Shown: positions 20,114 to 29,101 of the stretch, one piece after another
Layout: every line of letters starts with the position of its first letter
How positions within the stretch are numbered: position 1 is the stretch's first letter
From: Tabrizicola sp.
GTDB lineage: Bacteria > Pseudomonadota > Alphaproteobacteria > Rhodobacterales > Rhodobacteraceae
Direction: 5' to 3'
Assembly (NCBI GenBank): GCA_012032275.1
Contig: JAAURK010000001.1
Location: 1 to 56,477 of the forward strand
DNA length: 56,477 bases
Notes under the pieces: model-generated
Seen by the model: the letters and a program-made list of their open reading frames with translations, nothing else
The model's database searches: none
What the model was told of the DNA's origin: nothing
Made by a program: the position numbers and the translations under genes

Positions 20114-20488
20114 TCACAGGTCCTTGGGTGCAAATACGCAGAGCTTGTTGCCGTCGGGGTCGCGCACATAGGCCACATAGTGGGTCCCCTCACGTAGGCC
20201 CGGCTGCCCCTCGTCCGTCCCACCCTGAGCCAAGGCCGCAGCATGAAAGGCATCGACCGATGCGTGGCCGCGCGTCTCGAACGCGAGCATCGCGCCATTG
20301 CCGAAAGTGGCCTTGGCCTTGTCGAATGGCGTTGTGAGGCAAAGCTTAGGCCGTTCCCCTTCGCGTCCATAACGGGTCCATTCCGGACTTGTCTCTTCGC
20401 GCCGACCACCGATGGCGCCGAGGACAAGGTCGTAGAAGGCAATGGCGCGGTTCATGTCGTTCGTTCCAAGGGTCGCATAAGCGATCAT
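20114..20488 (-). CDS. VOC/glyoxalase family protein
   Basis: The conserved part starts MIAYATLGTNDMNRAIAFYD; 124 aa. Confidence 0.75.
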   Translation of the reverse strand: MIAYATLGTNDMNRAIAFYDLVLGAIGGRREETSPEWTRYGREGERPKLCLTTPFDKAKATFGNGAMLAFETRGHASVDAFHAAALAQGGTDEGQPGLREGTHYVAYVRDPDGNKLCVFAPKDL

Positions 20489-20709
20489 GTTCGGCAGCCT
20501 TTCGGAGAATGGGTTATGCCTTCTTTGCTTCGCGACCTGATGTGCACCAGTACCAAGTGACGCCTTCTGTGCTTTCCCCTTCGGCAAAGAAAGGCAATCC
20601 AGAACTCGACCTTGCTTGCCAAAGTCACGCCCTCTCGCAATCTCCGCCATTTTGGGTCGCGTGAAAGCCTGCGGCACCGTGACAGCCCTTGCTTTGCAAG
20701 AAACAGGCA

Positions 20710-21039
20710 TCAGGAGCGAATTGTATTCAGGTCAACCCGCATGGGCAATGAGCCAAGGGTTGCGGCGATCCGATCCGCCACGGCAGCCGGACCGGCGTCG
20801 ATGATGATCCGCGCCTGTCCCACGCGGGTCACAGCCTGGATCAGGCGCAAGCGCGGGTGCGCGGCGGGAAGGCAACAGGTGCAGCCCGGCCCCATCAGCC
20901 AGTCGAGCGGCGAGGTGGGCGGGTCGGCGGCCTCGGCGAAGATCGTTACAGGCCGGCGAGAGGTGCGGATCAGTTGCGCGATCCGGGCGCTGCGACCTGC
21001 GGCGCTGTCGCCTTCGACGAAGTGGACGTAAGTCCTCAC
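20710..21039 (-). CDS. 109-aa mini COG0523-like protein (degenerate P-loop, CxCC retained)
   Basis: GDSAAGRS aligns to [13 protein letters not shown] to GCICC, and IIIDAGP to ILIETTG. The CxCC-to-Walker-B spacing (26 aa) is the same as in the neighbouring full-length COG0523. Confidence 0.5.
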   Translation of the reverse strand: MRTYVHFVEGDSAAGRSARIAQLIRTSRRPVTIFAEAADPPTSPLDWLMGPGCTCCLPAAHPRLRLIQAVTRVGQARIIIDAGPAAVADRIAATLGSLPMRVDLNTIRS

Positions 21040-21308
21040 CGCGCGGGTACCTGCGGGCGGAGGAGGACCACATCGGCCTCGGTCACCGCCGCCACTGCCG
21101 ATGGGAAGCGCAGCACAAAGCGGCGGCGGTCGGCCAGGGTGACGGTGACCACCGTTTCCAGATCGGGGCAGCCAGGTTCATGGCAAGCCAGTTCGGCCAC
21201 CGCGATGTGGTCCTTGTCACTCAGCGTCATCAGATCGGCGACCCATGCCTTCAGCTGGGAAACCGCCTCGGCATCCGGGCGGGGGCGGCGGTTGAAGAGG
21301 CCCAGCAT
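21036..21308 (-). CDS. 90-aa hypothetical protein with a CHEPGCP motif
   Basis: MLGLFNRRPRPDAEAV...ELACHEPGCPDLE. The start overlaps the WD40 stop (TGATG) and the stop overlaps the next start (ATGA). Confidence 0.45.
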   Translation of the reverse strand: MLGLFNRRPRPDAEAVSQLKAWVADLMTLSDKDHIAVAELACHEPGCPDLETVVTVTLADRRRFVLRFPSAVAAVTEADVVLLRPQVPAR

Positions 21309-22335
21309 CAGCCCGCCCCCAATGGTGCCCAAAGGACGCCGCCTTGTTCATCGGCCGCCAAGAGCCAGCCGGTAAGTGGCGTCACCGCCAGCAGGGTTAC
21401 CGGCGCACCGGACGGGCGTTTGACCGCGCGGGGTTCGGCGATCTGGTCGATCTCGGAGAAGATCACCGCGCCCGAGGAATAGCCCGCCAGCACCGCCTCA
21501 TGCCCCGGCAGGCGCAGATCGCGGTGACATAGCCGCGCCCGCCCCAGGCCACTTGCATCGGGCCGCGACCCATCGGGCCTTGCGCCCCGTCAAAGGGCCA
21601 CAGTATCGCCTCATCCGCGCCGGTGGTCGCAAGCCAGGGTAGTTTCCCAGCCCAAGCCCAGCCCTTGACCTTGGTCGGATAGCCCGACATCCGCAGATCG
21701 GCCTTGTCGCGCAGCCGCCAGCCGTGCAGGGCATTTTCCTGCATGCGGCTCATGACAAAACGATCATCGGGGCTGAAGCTGACAGCGGTGTGGCTGCCCG
21801 CCCATTTGAGGGCCGTGGGTTTCCAGCCGCGCTTTTCCCGCGCCCAGATCGTGACACCGCCGTAATGCGCCACCGCCAGCCGCCCGCCCTTTCGGTCAAA
21901 GGCCAACCCGCCCACGGTGGAGGGGGCTGCAAGCCGTTCTTGCCTGGCGCCGTCCCAGAGAAACACCTCACGCCCGACAGAACAGGCAAAGACCCCGCCC
22001 GCGCCCGCCGCGACATGGTCGACCCATTTGCGGGGGTGGCTGGCGATCTCGGTCACGCCCTCGGGACCGACGCGGCAAAAGCGGCCATCGTCGCCGCCCG
22101 TCAGGAACGTCCCGGACGATTCCGCCACCATTGACAGGATCGCGCCCTTGTGGACGGGCAAGGCCTCATGTTCCGCGCCGGGGCGGAAGACGCGCACATG
22201 CCCGTCGCCCCATGCGGTAAAGGCGGTGTCACCCACCGTCGCCACCGCCACGGGCACAGCATCAAAGTCATACTTGCGCCCGCCCTTCTCAATACGGGTG
22301 GGCGCAAGCGGATCGGGCCGCTCCAAGACCGGCAT
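21308..22335 (-). CDS. Cytoplasmic WD40/beta-propeller repeat protein, frame broken near 21517-21526
   Basis: Repeated GDGHVRVF, GGDDGRF and LHGWRL type blades, with no signal peptide. ORF 21463..22335 continues as RDLRLPGHEAVLAGYSSGAVIF in ORF 21308..21493. Confidence 0.75.
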
Positions 22336-23297
22336 CAGGCGGCCTTGCAGGCGGCAAAGCCGTCGGCCAGCCCCATCTTGTACAGATCGCGCCCGATGAA
22401 GACGAGTTTCGAGGATCGGGCCTTGCCTGCGGGCCAGGGACCAAGGGGCGAGCCATCGGTCAGCATGTGGACGGCGTGGACGACGAACCGCTCCTCCTGG
22501 CCGGCGAAGTCGAGGATGCCCTTCGACCGCAGGATATCCTGCCCGCGCTCACGCAAGAGCTTGCCAAACCAGGTCTGGAACTTGCGTTCATCCAGCGGCG
22601 TGTCGGAGGAGAGGGAGACCGAGGTGATGTCCTCCTCATGCGTATGCTCGTGAGTTTCATCGAGGAAATCCGGCTCGATCTCCAGCACGCGTTCCAGGCT
22701 GAAGGCATCCAGCCCCAGCACCTGATCCAGCGCCACGCCGCATTTCTCGGTCTTGACGATCTTGGCGTAGGGGTTGATCGACTTGATCCGCGCCTCGGCG
22801 GTGGCCAAGGCGGCGGCATCCACCAGATCGACCTTGTTCAGAAGGATGATGTCGGCAAAGGCGATCTGCTCGGCCGCCTCATGCGCCTCGTCCAGATGGG
22901 TGGACAGGTTTACCGCATCGACCACCGTCACGATGGCATCCAGCCGCGTCTTTTCGGCCACGTCCTGATCGACATAGAAGGTCTGCGCAACAGGGGCGGG
23001 GTCGGCCATGCCGGTCGTTTCGATCAGGATGCCGTCGAAATCCTTGCGCTTCATCAGCCCGGCCAGAATGCGGATCAGATCGCCCCTGACGGTGCAGCAG
23101 ATGCAGCCGTTGTTCATCTCGAAGATCTCTTCGTCGGCGTCGATCACCAACTCGTTGTCGATCCCGGTCTCGCCGAATTCGTTGATGATGACGGCGTATT
23201 TCTTGCCATGCGGCTCGGTCAGGATGCGGTTTAGAAGCGTGGTTTTCCCGGCGCCAAGAAAGCCGGTCAGCACGGTCACGGGGGTTTGGATGGTCAT
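22335..23297 (-). CDS. COG0523 family GTPase (CobW/YjiA-like, His-rich linker)
   Basis: [23 protein letters not shown], and linker DETHEHTHEED. Confidence 0.9.
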   Translation of the reverse strand: MTIQTPVTVLTGFLGAGKTTLLNRILTEPHGKKYAVIINEFGETGIDNELVIDADEEIFEMNNGCICCTVRGDLIRILAGLMKRKDFDGILIETTGMADPAPVAQTFYVDQDVAEKTRLDAIVTVVDAVNLSTHLDEAHEAAEQIAFADIILLNKVDLVDAAALATAEARIKSINPYAKIVKTEKCGVALDQVLGLDAFSLERVLEIEPDFLDETHEHTHEEDITSVSLSSDTPLDERKFQTWFGKLLRERGQDILRSKGILDFAGQEERFVVHAVHMLTDGSPLGPWPAGKARSSKLVFIGRDLYKMGLADGFAACKAA

Positions 23298-23300
23298 GGG

Positions 23301-24221
23301 TCAGGTCTCCTGCAAGGGGGGGAAGCGCTCGGGCCAGAGCAGTGATTGATGCGAGGCAGTGCCAGTCACGACGCCATCGGACAGCGCTGGCGTCAGGATG
23401 CCGGCGGGGCGGGTGACGTCCCCGGCAGCAAAGAGGCCCGCGCGGCTGGTGGTGTTGAAAGCACCGACCTTAAGGTAAAGGCCGGTCGGCCCCTGTGCGG
23501 TGGCCAGGCCAAGACCGGCCACGAAAGGGGCCGCAAAACTGGTGTCGGCATGGAGGAACAGGCCTGCAGTGTGCAGGCTGGTGCCATCGGCCAGGGTCAG
23601 GCGCGCGCCATCTGTAAGCGACTGAGCATGGGTCAGGGGGGAGCGCAGCAGTGTCACGCCAAGCGCCGCCGCTTCGGCCTCTGCCTCGGGGCCAAGATCA
23701 CCCTCATGCGCGATCAGCGTCACATCGTCCGACCAGTCGCTGCGCAGCATCTTTGCCATATGCAGCGCCATCGGCCCGCGCCCAAGGATGGCCAATGGTT
23801 GCCCCTTGATCTCATAGCCGTGGCAATAGGGGCAGTGCAGCGCCCATTTGCCCCAGCCTTCGGCCAGCCCCGGAATGACGGGCAGATGGTCCATCATGCC
23901 ACAGGCCAGGATCACCCGGCGTGCCGTGACCTCGCCCCCCGCCGTGGTCAGGCGAAAGGCATCGGCCTGCCCGGTCAGGCCGGTCACCGCCTGATCGTGG
24001 AAAGTGACCGTGGGATAGGCCGCCGCATCCTTGCGGATCGCCGCAAGGATCACGCCCGGCGCGGTGCCATCCCACCCTGGAACGCCATGCGCCGCCGGAG
24101 AGGCCGCGTTGCGCGGGCGGCCGGTGTCAAAGACACCGACCGTCCGGCTGGCGCGGCCCAGTTGCAGCGCCGCCGTCAGTCCGGCAAAGCTGCCGCCGAC
24201 GATGGCGACATCATAGGTCAC
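23301..24221 (-). CDS. FAD-dependent pyridine-nucleotide disulfide oxidoreductase (thioredoxin-reductase-like)
   Basis: DVAIVGGSFAG dinucleotide fold, HCPYCHG redox motif, GDV near the C-terminus. ATGA overlap with the znuA stop. Confidence 0.85.
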   Translation of the reverse strand: MTYDVAIVGGSFAGLTAALQLGRASRTVGVFDTGRPRNAASPAAHGVPGWDGTAPGVILAAIRKDAAAYPTVTFHDQAVTGLTGQADAFRLTTAGGEVTARRVILACGMMDHLPVIPGLAEGWGKWALHCPYCHGYEIKGQPLAILGRGPMALHMAKMLRSDWSDDVTLIAHEGDLGPEAEAEAAALGVTLLRSPLTHAQSLTDGARLTLADGTSLHTAGLFLHADTSFAAPFVAGLGLATAQGPTGLYLKVGAFNTTSRAGLFAAGDVTRPAGILTPALSDGVVTGTASHQSLLWPERFPPLQET

Positions 24222-25251
24222 TGTGCCAGTGCCCCGGTCAGTTGCCCCAGATTGTAGCGCATCATGGTAAGGTAGGTGCCCGCCGGACCATCCGCCGCCG
24301 ACAGCGCATCGGAATAAAGCGTGCCGCCGATCTTGGCCCCCGTCTCGGCCGCGATCTGGTCAAGCAGGCGGCGGTCAGCGATGTTTTCGACAAAGACCGC
24401 CGAAATGCCCGCCTCCCTGATCTGGGTGATGAGGGCGGCCACGTCCTGTGCCGATGCCTCGGCCTCGGTCGAGACACCCTGCGGGGCGACGAAGGTCAGG
24501 CCATAGGCGGCGGCGAAGTAGCCGAAGGCGTCATGCGAGGTCACAACGGTGCGGCGGTTTTCCGGCAGGGCGGCGACGGCGGCGCGAATCTCGGCATCCA
24601 GCGTGTCCAACTCGGCCAGATAGGCGGCAGCGTTGGCCTTGTAGACCTCGGCACCCTCTGGATCGGCGGCGGCAAGACCGCGTTCGATGTTGCCGACATA
24701 AAGCGCCACATTGGTCACGCTTTGCCAAGCATGCGGGTCTCGGCCCCGTGGTCGTGGCCTTCGTGGTCATGGTCGTGGCCAGCTTCCTCTGCGGCATGAT
24801 CGTGGCCGGCCTCTTCCTTGGCATGGTCGTGCGCCTCGCCCTCGGCATGTTCGTGGTCATGGTCATGGTCGTGCGCCTCGCCTTCGGCGTGGTCGTGCTC
24901 TTCTTCACCAAAGGCGATGGGCGTCACGCCTTCGGACGCGTTGATGAGCATGGCCTTGGTGCCCGATGCCTCGACCAGCCGGTCCATCCAGCCTTCGAAC
25001 CCCAGCCCGTTGGCGACGATCACCTGCGCCCCCGCAACCGCCTGCGCATCGGCGGGAGAGGGTTGGAAGACATGGGCGTCGCCATCAGGGCCGACCAGCG
25101 TGGTCACCTCGACCCGGTCACCGCCGACATTTTCAACGATGTCGCCAAGGATCGAGAAGGTGGCGATGACATTCAGCTTGTCCTGCGCAAAGGCTGGGGC
25201 GGCGAAGGCCAATGCTGCGGCAGAGGCGAGGAGGAGGCGGCGGGTTATCAT
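24218..25251 (-). CDS. znuA: Zinc ABC transporter substrate-binding protein ZnuA, frame broken near 24738-24748
   Basis: Signal peptide, then a very long His/Asp/Glu loop (EEEHDHAEGEAHDHDHDHEHAEGEAHDH...). After restoring one base it continues DPHAWQSVTNVALYVGNIE in ORF 24218..24718. Confidence 0.85.
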
Positions 25252-25263
25252 CGGGGTGTCCTT

Positions 25264-26127
25264 TCAGGCTTCAAGATGGGCGCGGGGCCAATAGCGGGCG
25301 GCAAGGCTGCCCGAGGGACCGAACGCGAGGGAGAGGAGGTAAAGGGTTCCGGCAGCCAGGATGATGGCCGGGCCAGACGGCAACCCTGCGTGGAACGAGG
25401 CAAGCAGCCCCGCGACAGAGGACGCGGCGGCGATGGCAGCGGCAACCGCCAGCATTCCACCGATGGAATTGGCCCAGAACCGGGCGGCGGCGGCGGGCAG
25501 GATCATGATCCCGACCGCCATCAGCGTCCCAAGCGCCTGAAACCCCGCGACAAGGTTCAGGACGACAAGGCCGAGAAACAGGAAATGCACCGGCCCGCTC
25601 CACCGGCTGACCGAGGCGAGGAACCGCGGATCGGCACATTCCAGCACCAGCGGGCGAAAGATCAGCGCCAGCGTGACCAGCGTGAAGGTGGTGATCGCGC
25701 AGAGCAGCGTCAACGCGGCATCGTCGAGCGCAAGGACCGTGCCGAAAAGGACATGCATCAGGTCCACGTTCGACCCCTTGAGCGAGACCAGAAGCACGCC
25801 CAGGGCCAGCGAGATCAGGTAAAAGGCGGCCAGCGACGCATCCTCGCGCAAGCTGGTGAACCGTGCGACGGCCCCGGTCAGCACAGCCACGACCAGCCCC
25901 GCCATCACCCCGCCAAGGGTCATCGCGCCAAGGTTCAGCCCGGCGACGAGATAGCCCACCGCCGCCCCCGGCAGGATCGCATGGGCCATGGCATCGCCCG
26001 TCAGGCTCATCCGGCGCAACAGCAGGAACACCCCCACCGGCGTGGCCCCCAGCGAGATCGCAAGGCAGCCCAGAAGTGCGCGTTGCATGAAAGCGAAGTC
26101 GGCGAAGGGATCGACCAGCCAGCTCAT
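25264..26127 (-). CDS. znuB: Zinc ABC transporter permease ZnuB
   Basis: 287 aa, ABC-3 family polytopic protein. ATGA overlap with the znuC stop. Confidence 0.9.
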   Translation of the reverse strand: MSWLVDPFADFAFMQRALLGCLAISLGATPVGVFLLLRRMSLTGDAMAHAILPGAAVGYLVAGLNLGAMTLGGVMAGLVVAVLTGAVARFTSLREDASLAAFYLISLALGVLLVSLKGSNVDLMHVLFGTVLALDDAALTLLCAITTFTLVTLALIFRPLVLECADPRFLASVSRWSGPVHFLFLGLVVLNLVAGFQALGTLMAVGIMILPAAAARFWANSIGGMLAVAAAIAAASSVAGLLASFHAGLPSGPAIILAAGTLYLLSLAFGPSGSLAARYWPRAHLEA

Positions 26128-26852
26128 GCGGCACCCCGCGCGCAGAGATTGGCACTGTCGTCGAAGGCCTCGGACATCTGGCGGGCGCGGAACAGGTTTT
26201 CCGCGGTCAGGACCGTGTCGGTCGCCCCATGCGCCACCTTTTCCCGCGCCAGCAGCAAGGTCTCGGGGAAGTGACGGCGGACCGCCTCCATGTCATGCAG
26301 CACGGCCAGCACGGTGCGCCCTTCGCCATGCCAGCGCTGCACGACCGCCAGAAGGTCGGCGGCGGTCTTGGTATCCAGCGCGGTGAAGGGCTCATCCAGC
26401 AGGATCAACTCGGCGTCCTGCAACAAGAGCCGCGCGAACATCACGCGCTGCATCTGGCCCCCGGACAGGGCCGAGATCGGGCGGCGGTCAAACCCGGTCA
26501 GGCCCACGGCGGCCAGCGCCTCGCCCACCCGCATGGCATCCTTGCCCCGGACCCGGCCAAAGGCACCCACGCGGTGCCACAGGCCCATCGCGACAAAGGC
26601 CCCGACGGCAAGCGGAAAGCTGCGGTCCACCTCGGAGAGTTGCGGCAGATAGGCCAGCCGCGCCGCGCCCCGGTCGATCCGGCCCTCCAAGGGGGGAAGC
26701 TCCCCGGTCAACCCCTTCAGCAGCGTGGATTTCCCCGCGCCGTTCGGGCCGACAATGGCGGTCAGGCTGCCCGTCGCAAGGTCAAGGTCAAGGTGATGGA
26801 CCGCAGGATGGCGGTCATAGCCCAGCGTCAGGTCACGGATGCGCAGCGCCAT
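26124..26852 (-). CDS. znuC: Zinc ABC transporter ATPase ZnuC
   Basis: Start MALRIRDLTLGYD, Walker A GPNGAGKSTLLK, signature LSGGQMQRV. Confidence 0.9.
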   Translation of the reverse strand: MALRIRDLTLGYDRHPAVHHLDLDLATGSLTAIVGPNGAGKSTLLKGLTGELPPLEGRIDRGAARLAYLPQLSEVDRSFPLAVGAFVAMGLWHRVGAFGRVRGKDAMRVGEALAAVGLTGFDRRPISALSGGQMQRVMFARLLLQDAELILLDEPFTALDTKTAADLLAVVQRWHGEGRTVLAVLHDMEAVRRHFPETLLLAREKVAHGATDTVLTAENLFRARQMSEAFDDSANLCARGAA

Positions 26853-26853
26853 A

Positions 26854-26952
26854 TCAGCCCACCACCAGCCAGAGGCCGACCCAAAGTGCTGCGGACAGAC
26901 CAAGCGCCAGCGCCAACCGCAGGGCTGCCCCGGACAAAAGCAAGTCCTTCAT
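26854..26952 (-). CDS. 32-aa hydrophobic micro-ORF between zur and znuC (putative)
   Basis: Hand translation gives MKDLLLSGAALRLALALGLSAALWVGLWLVVG*. The ATG overlaps the zur stop (ATGA) and the stop lies 1 nt before the znuC ATG. Confidence 0.3.
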   Translation of the reverse strand: MKDLLLSGAALRLALALGLSAALWVGLWLVVG

Positions 26953-27335
26953 GCCTTGTCCCCCGCGCAATCACCACAGCGGCCGTGCACCTCGATCGTC
27001 TGCCGCGCCTCGGCGAACCCTTCGGCGGCAAGGCGCTGGTGCAGGCTTTCGAACAGGCTTGGTGCCTCGACGCTGCGCACGGTGCCGCAATCGTCACAGA
27101 TCGCGACCACGCCCGGCGCGGGTGAAGTGACCGCCGCCCAGGCCCGCAGCGTGGCGATGCGCTGCACGACGCCTGCCTCCTCCAGCCCCTTCAACGCGCC
27201 GGAAACCGTGGGTGGGGCGACCGCACCCCCGTCGCGCTGCATCCGGCCCAACAGTTGATAGGCGGTCATCGGCCCATTCGCCCCGCGCAACAGGGCCAGC
27301 ACTTCGGTCTCATTTCGCGTCAACGCTTCGCCCAT
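26949..27335 (-). CDS. zur: Fur-family zinc uptake regulator Zur
   Basis: MGEALTRNETEVLALLRG... winged helix, plus CDDCG and CGDC metal sites. Adjacent to znuCBA. Confidence 0.8.
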   Translation of the reverse strand: MGEALTRNETEVLALLRGANGPMTAYQLLGRMQRDGGAVAPPTVSGALKGLEEAGVVQRIATLRAWAAVTSPAPGVVAICDDCGTVRSVEAPSLFESLHQRLAAEGFAEARQTIEVHGRCGDCAGDKA

Positions 27336-27342
27336 GGCACCC

Positions 27343-27813
27343 TCACAGGATCGTCGGGTTCGGCGCATCGCCATAGACGGCGATGGGGTCGAAGCGGCGC
27401 TCGGTCTCGGTGAACCGCAGCGGGGAACCTGCCGCCGAGCCGAAAGGCACCTCACGGTAAAAGCACGACCGATAGCCGACATGGCAGGACGCGCCCGACC
27501 CAGCGACCGTAACCTGCAGCCACAGCGCATCCTGATCGTCGTCGATCCGCATCCTGACCACCGACTGCGTCAGGCCCGAGGTCGCGCCCTTGTGCCACAC
27601 GGCCCTACGGGTGCGGCTGAAGTAATGCGCCTCGCCCGTCTGAATGGTCAGCCGCAGCGCCTCAGGGTTCATCCAACCCAGCATCAGCACCGTGCCGTCC
27701 GCGGCATCGGTCGTCACGCAGGGCATCAGCCCATCCGCCGCAAAGCGCGGGGCAAGGGCCGCGCCTTCCTCAACCTCAAGGACAGACAGGCGGGGGCCGA
27801 AGGTGACGGTCAT
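27343..27813 (-). CDS. hisI: Phosphoribosyl-AMP cyclohydrolase HisI paralog
   Basis: [38 protein letters not shown]. First gene after the Zur box. Confidence 0.85.
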   Translation of the reverse strand: MTVTFGPRLSVLEVEEGAALAPRFAADGLMPCVTTDAADGTVLMLGWMNPEALRLTIQTGEAHYFSRTRRAVWHKGATSGLTQSVVRMRIDDDQDALWLQVTVAGSGASCHVGYRSCFYREVPFGSAAGSPLRFTETERRFDPIAVYGDAPNPTIL

Positions 27814-27847
27814 GGCAGCTTGCTTTCAGGGGCGCGATAGCAGATAT

Positions 27848-27864
27848 ACGTTATAGTATAACAT
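27848..27864. promoter_or_regulatory. Zur-box-like palindrome ACGTTATAGTATAACAT in a divergent promoter region
   Basis: GTTATA-G-TATAAC. Lies 34 nt upstream of the hisI start (minus strand) and 11 nt upstream of the COG0523 start (plus strand). Confidence 0.6.
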
Positions 27865-27875
27865 AGCACAAGCTG

Positions 27876-28997
27876 ATGATGTCCCGTATCCCCCTGACCC
27901 TGATCACCGGCTATCTTGGTGCCGGAAAGACAACGCTTCTCAATGCGCTGCTGCGCGATGCCTGGGCGGGCCGCATCGCCGTCGTCGTCAACGAGTTTGG
28001 CGATGTGGGCCTTGACCACGACCTGATCGTCGAGACGACCGAGGAAACGGTCCTTCTCTCCTCTGGCTGCATGTGCTGCACGGTGCGGGGCGATCTGGTG
28101 CAGGCGCTGGAAGGCCTCTTCGAAAAGCGCAGCGCTGGGAAGCTGGACTTCGACCGCATCGTGATCGAGACAACTGGCCTCGCCGATCCGGCGCCGATCC
28201 TGCACACGCTGATCGTGACGCCCGGCCTTGGCGCGGCGCTGCGGATGGATGGGGTGGTCACGGTCTGCGATGCAGTGAACGGCCCTGCCACACTGGATGC
28301 CGGGTTCGAAAGCGTTCAGCAGGTGGCGATGGCGGATGTGCTGGTGCTGTCCAAGACCGACCTCGTGACGCCATCGCAGGCCGAACGTTTCCGGGCGCGG
28401 TTGGCAGCGCTTGCCCCCGGCGCGCGGAATGTAACCGCAACACGCGGGGCCGTGCCCGTTGCCGAACTCTTCGGCCATGGTGCCCCCGACATGAACGGCG
28501 CGTTGCCCGAAGCCGAGGCTTGGGTGAACGCCCCGGCCTACGCGCTATCGTCCTTGCCAATCCCGCCTCTCGCCAAACCACTGGCGCCCTTGGCCACCGG
28601 CCCAACCCATGGCCTCTTCGGGTTGGCCCCGACCCCGGGGTCAAGCCTGATGGCCGCCATCGCCCCGGCGACCCGGCACGACGACCGCATCTCCTCGGTC
28701 TCGATGGTCTTCGACGAGCCAATCCACCCGATGATGCTCGATATCTGGATGGAAACCTTGATCGTCGCCCGCGGTCCCGACATCCTGCGCCTGAAGGCGG
28801 TGATCTGGGCCGACGGCTTCGACACGCCCTTAGTCATCCACGGCGTTCAGCACATCGTTGACCCGCCCGTTCGCCTGGCGCGCTGGACGGGCGAGGATCG
28901 CAGAAGCCGCGTCGTCATCATCGGACGCGATCTCCCGCGCGAGGCATTGCTGGACAGCCTTGAGGTATTGAAGACGCGGCCGTTGGTGCACGGCTGA
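27876..28997 (+). CDS. COG0523 family GTPase (third copy)
   Basis: [23 protein letters not shown], and a Pro/Ala-rich linker before the C-terminal domain. Confidence 0.9.
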   Translation: MMSRIPLTLITGYLGAGKTTLLNALLRDAWAGRIAVVVNEFGDVGLDHDLIVETTEETVLLSSGCMCCTVRGDLVQALEGLFEKRSAGKLDFDRIVIETTGLADPAPILHTLIVTPGLGAALRMDGVVTVCDAVNGPATLDAGFESVQQVAMADVLVLSKTDLVTPSQAERFRARLAALAPGARNVTATRGAVPVAELFGHGAPDMNGALPEAEAWVNAPAYALSSLPIPPLAKPLAPLATGPTHGLFGLAPTPGSSLMAAIAPATRHDDRISSVSMVFDEPIHPMMLDIWMETLIVARGPDILRLKAVIWADGFDTPLVIHGVQHIVDPPVRLARWTGEDRRSRVVIIGRDLPREALLDSLEVLKTRPLVHG

Positions 28998-29101
28998 CGG
29001 GGCGACGAAGGCGACCGACTTTTCGGTTTGTGCTTCTACCTTTTGCTGCCGACTGATTCCATGCTCTACAAGGCCCAGGGCTGACGATACGGGGAAGCAC
29101 T

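Noticed and set aside
24448-26274. 608-aa plus-strand ORF across znuA/znuB
   Set aside because: It is antisense to conserved transporter genes. Its composition is extremely Arg/Gly/Pro/His-rich and it has no motifs. The antisense His-codon repeats create an artificial open frame.
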